From positions 1 to 26,765 of IMG/VR virus record IMGVR_UViG_3300012890_000080: a DNA stretch of 26,765 bases. The stretch is one strand, 5' to 3'. This DNA comes from a virus. Its lineage: Duplodnaviria > Caudoviricetes. The translations under genes and the position numbers were made by a program. Below the pieces are notes generated by a model. That model was not told the origin of the DNA, did not search any database, and worked only from the letters and a program-made list of their open reading frames with translations. Shown piece by piece: positions 24,221 to 26,765 of this stretch (positions within the stretch are counted from its first letter, which is position 1; every line of letters begins with the position of its first letter).

Positions 24221-25834
24221 TCAGAGCAGTGAACCCTGGTGCTGAGTGTTCTCCTTGTTTGCCTTTTTGAAAGTCAGTGACGGATCGATCAGAGGGATTT
24301 CCGGCTTCTTGCCGTTGAAAAGATCGGCAACTGTCAATATCTGAAGGCGTGGATAAGTTCGTCCAAAGCCATCGGTAAACCGCCCAACGGCCGCCGCTTC
24401 CTTGATCATCACGCTGGTAGGAGGAGCGGCAGTTATGAATACTCCGATCGGAGACTTCTCGCGTTCCATCGCGGAGTGCAGGTCGCGGATCATCGCCACG
24501 CTGACGTTGAGACCGCCCTTAACGGACACGATGGCTTTCTCGGTCTTCTTCCCGTCTGGTTTGAAGTAGATCAGGCCATCGATTCCTCCGTCGGCCCCCT
24601 TCTTCTTGCCGCCAAAAGGCATGGCGTCGACCATGGAGACCGCCCACCACTGAAACTGATATTTGTCACGATGAGCAAGGTCCAACGCCGAGGCGAGGTC
24701 CTTAGGCGTTCCTTCAACTGTGAAGCTGGCACCAGGAAAAGCGTCCTTCATCCGCTTCTCGATGAGCGAAATGGCCAGGTGTGTGATATCGATACCGATC
24801 CACTCACGGCCCATTTTTTGCGCGGCGTGGACAGCAGTGCCGCAACCGCAGAATGGGTCGAGCACCACGCCGTCAGCCGGACACGAGGCAGAGATTATCC
24901 GCTCCAACAACGCCAGTGGCTTCTGCGTGGGATAGCCCAATCGTTCTTGAGCCTGTGAGTTTATGGGCGGGATATCATCCCACAGAGTATCGACTGTCTC
25001 GCCAGACAATTCGTCAAAAAACCGCTTACGTTGAAGTCGCTTGGTTTTGTCTTGTGGAAAATGGACGCGCCCCTCAGCTTCCATGCGCTCCATTGTTTCT
25101 CTCGATACTGCCCAGCCTTTCTCGGGCGGCTGATAGCCCTTATACTCATACCGGAGGTTCGGTCGCAGAGACGGGCTCGTGAGATTGTCGAGCCGGTATC
25201 GCCGTCCCGCCTCATCGTAATGAGTGAACTTGCTGTCGATGTAATCCTGACTGTTAGCACGATATTGACGCACGAACGGCGTCTTGCGGGATTTGGCATA
25301 GAAGAGGATGACGTCGTGGCTGACACCAAACCGGACTGCTTCGTTGCTGGTTTCGCCTCGGCCTGCCTTCCTTTTCCAGATGATCTCGTTCCGGAAGTTC
25401 TCAGCGCCAAGAATGCTGTCAAGAAGCAGCTTAAGATAATGAGACGCCGTGGGGTCACAGTGAAGGTAGATGCTGCCAGTCGGCTTTAGCACACGATGCA
25501 ACTCTAGCAGCCGAACTGCCATCATCGTGAGATAGGCCATCATATCATTTTCGCCCAGGAACGATCGCATTGCGTTCAGAAGGTCGAATGCCTTAGTGTT
25601 GCCGCTACCAGCGACTTGGTCGAATGCTTCCTCAGCGTGGTCATTCCAGTGCCAAGTATCTTCGAACGCTTCGATTTGTGCGTCAGACGACAAACCAGCC
25701 GGCGACTTAAACAGGATGTTGTAATTAGCGTTCGAGTTGAACGGCGGGTCCAGATAGACCAGATCGACGCTCTCATCCTTGATATGCTCGCGCAGCACAT
25801 CGAGGTTGTCGCCGTAGAAAAGCCGCTTGCTCAT
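24221..25834 (-). CDS. Beta-class N6A/N4C DNA methyltransferase with a C-terminal Mrr-like (PD-(D/E)xK-type) domain
   Basis: 537 aa from ATG 25834, with YGDNL, DPPF, YPTQKP and DPFCGCGT motifs, and C-terminal FQWWA...DGGIDG...VSVKGG. Confidence 0.9.
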   Translation of the reverse strand: MSKRLFYGDNLDVLREHIKDESVDLVYLDPPFNSNANYNILFKSPAGLSSDAQIEAFEDTWHWNDHAEEAFDQVAGSGNTKAFDLLNAMRSFLGENDMMAYLTMMAVRLLELHRVLKPTGSIYLHCDPTASHYLKLLLDSILGAENFRNEIIWKRKAGRGETSNEAVRFGVSHDVILFYAKSRKTPFVRQYRANSQDYIDSKFTHYDEAGRRYRLDNLTSPSLRPNLRYEYKGYQPPEKGWAVSRETMERMEAEGRVHFPQDKTKRLQRKRFFDELSGETVDTLWDDIPPINSQAQERLGYPTQKPLALLERIISASCPADGVVLDPFCGCGTAVHAAQKMGREWIGIDITHLAISLIEKRMKDAFPGASFTVEGTPKDLASALDLAHRDKYQFQWWAVSMVDAMPFGGKKKGADGGIDGLIYFKPDGKKTEKAIVSVKGGLNVSVAMIRDLHSAMEREKSPIGVFITAAPPTSVMIKEAAAVGRFTDGFGRTYPRLQILTVADLFNGKKPEIPLIDPSLTFKKANKENTQHQGSLL

Positions 25835-25911
25835 TCCAACCCCTACACCGAACCTCGGGCTCTCACCTAAGGAGGACGGTAGCGGACGAGCGATGGCGCA
25901 GTCCATAGGCG

Positions 25912-26136
25912 TTAGCTGACGGCTCGATCTTCCCACTGGTCGAGCCGCACCAGCCAGCAATCCACAACCGTGTAGTCATTGAGGTTGTCGAGCAGCTTGC
26001 CCCCGATTTGGAGTAGCAGGTCCAACTCTGCGTCTCGTGGCGCAATGGGGGTGGCGACCTTTAGCGCCTCACCGACAAGTGCCAGTCGGTCGTGATCCGG
26101 AGTGCGAGTAGGAAACGCGATTACCTGTGCCGTCAT
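25912..26136 (-). CDS. Hypothetical small protein
   Basis: 74 aa from ATG 26136 (MTAQVIAFP, a common phage N-terminus), with purine-rich GGGAAG upstream. Confidence 0.6.
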   Translation of the reverse strand: MTAQVIAFPTRTPDHDRLALVGEALKVATPIAPRDAELDLLLQIGGKLLDNLNDYTVVDCWLVRLDQWEDRAVS

Positions 26137-26339
26137 ATAGTCTTCCCGTTCGTTTCTATCGGTAGAATCGCTGTATATTCGCGCGTTGGTCTCTCCTAAC
26201 GCTAACACTGGCGGTCGGCGATTCTCCAGAAAAGAACGAAATCAAGAACCAAAAAGGCTTTGTCCTTTGATTCAGGCGACGCTTTACAATCGATAGCCAG
26301 GGCGCTGTTGCTGCTGGCCTTGATCGGAAAGACACAACT

Positions 26340-26765
26340 ATGTCGAAGTTCAATCCCGCGCTGCTCGTTCCCGCTGCTGCTGCCGTGACGAGCGCAGCCC
26401 GTTCGGCCAAGGAGGTCGCACTCGCGAACATCGCAAAGCAGAAGCACTTGTTCCTGAACCCCGAGGAGGAGGGCAAGCGCACGTTCAAGCTGAGCGAGGA
26501 CGGCAAGCAGGTCGTGTTCACCCTGCGCGTCAGCAACACGCCCTTGGTGCTCGGCCAGTATGACGTGGATGGCGTGAAGTCCGACGTGCGGGAGATGATG
26601 GTGCCCAAGCCGAACTTCGCGGACGCACTCGACTACTTCAAGGACAGGGTAGAGGCCGGGGAGTTTGACGCCCAGCTGGCCACGCTCAACGACAAGAAGA
26701 CCGCTCGCACGGAAAAGCTGCGGACCACTCGGGCGAGCAAGAAGGCCGGTGAACCAGCAAATTAA
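26340..26765 (+). CDS. Hypothetical protein, DUF6641-like
   Basis: 141 aa with DG..V.FTLR and AL......VEAGEFDAQL motifs and a basic tail. The family call is from memory. Confidence 0.65.
   Translation: MSKFNPALLVPAAAAVTSAARSAKEVALANIAKQKHLFLNPEEEGKRTFKLSEDGKQVVFTLRVSNTPLVLGQYDVDGVKSDVREMMVPKPNFADALDYFKDRVEAGEFDAQLATLNDKKTARTEKLRTTRASKKAGEPAN

Noticed and set aside
7946-25960. Other upstream-extended starts in the track (8512, 9446, 10985, 12766, 17295, 25960)
   Set aside because: They run through promoter boxes, hairpins or neighbouring genes, and better SD- or motif-supported ATGs lie downstream.

Overview
The window is the packaging and morphogenesis half of a siphovirus-type prophage or phage-like element in a GC-rich host; an alphaproteobacterial host is my inference. 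The core genes run on the minus strand: terS, terL, portal, SPP1 gp7-like protein, scaffold, major capsid, four head-tail/neck genes, tail tube, tail assembly chaperone with a -1 frameshift, tape measure and three tail-tip genes. The last tail gene is cut by an IS3-family (IS2-group-like) element at the window edge. Cargo genes are interspersed: two HEPN-motif proteins, a methyltransferase with an Mrr-like domain, a lipoprotein, membrane proteins, and a serine resolvase with a res-like site between terS and terL. The strongest unexplained signal is the hexamer TAARTA, which I found 13 times, always on the minus strand and always at a gene junction. It looks like a -10-only late promoter of T4-late type. 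Eight copies sit 4-5 nt before an ATG with no room for a Shine-Dalgarno, suggesting leaderless mRNAs. Four precede SD-containing leaders of high-copy proteins. One precedes a structured, apparently non-coding tract leading into the resolvase. All calls come from reading the sequence and recognising motifs by eye; no searches were run.
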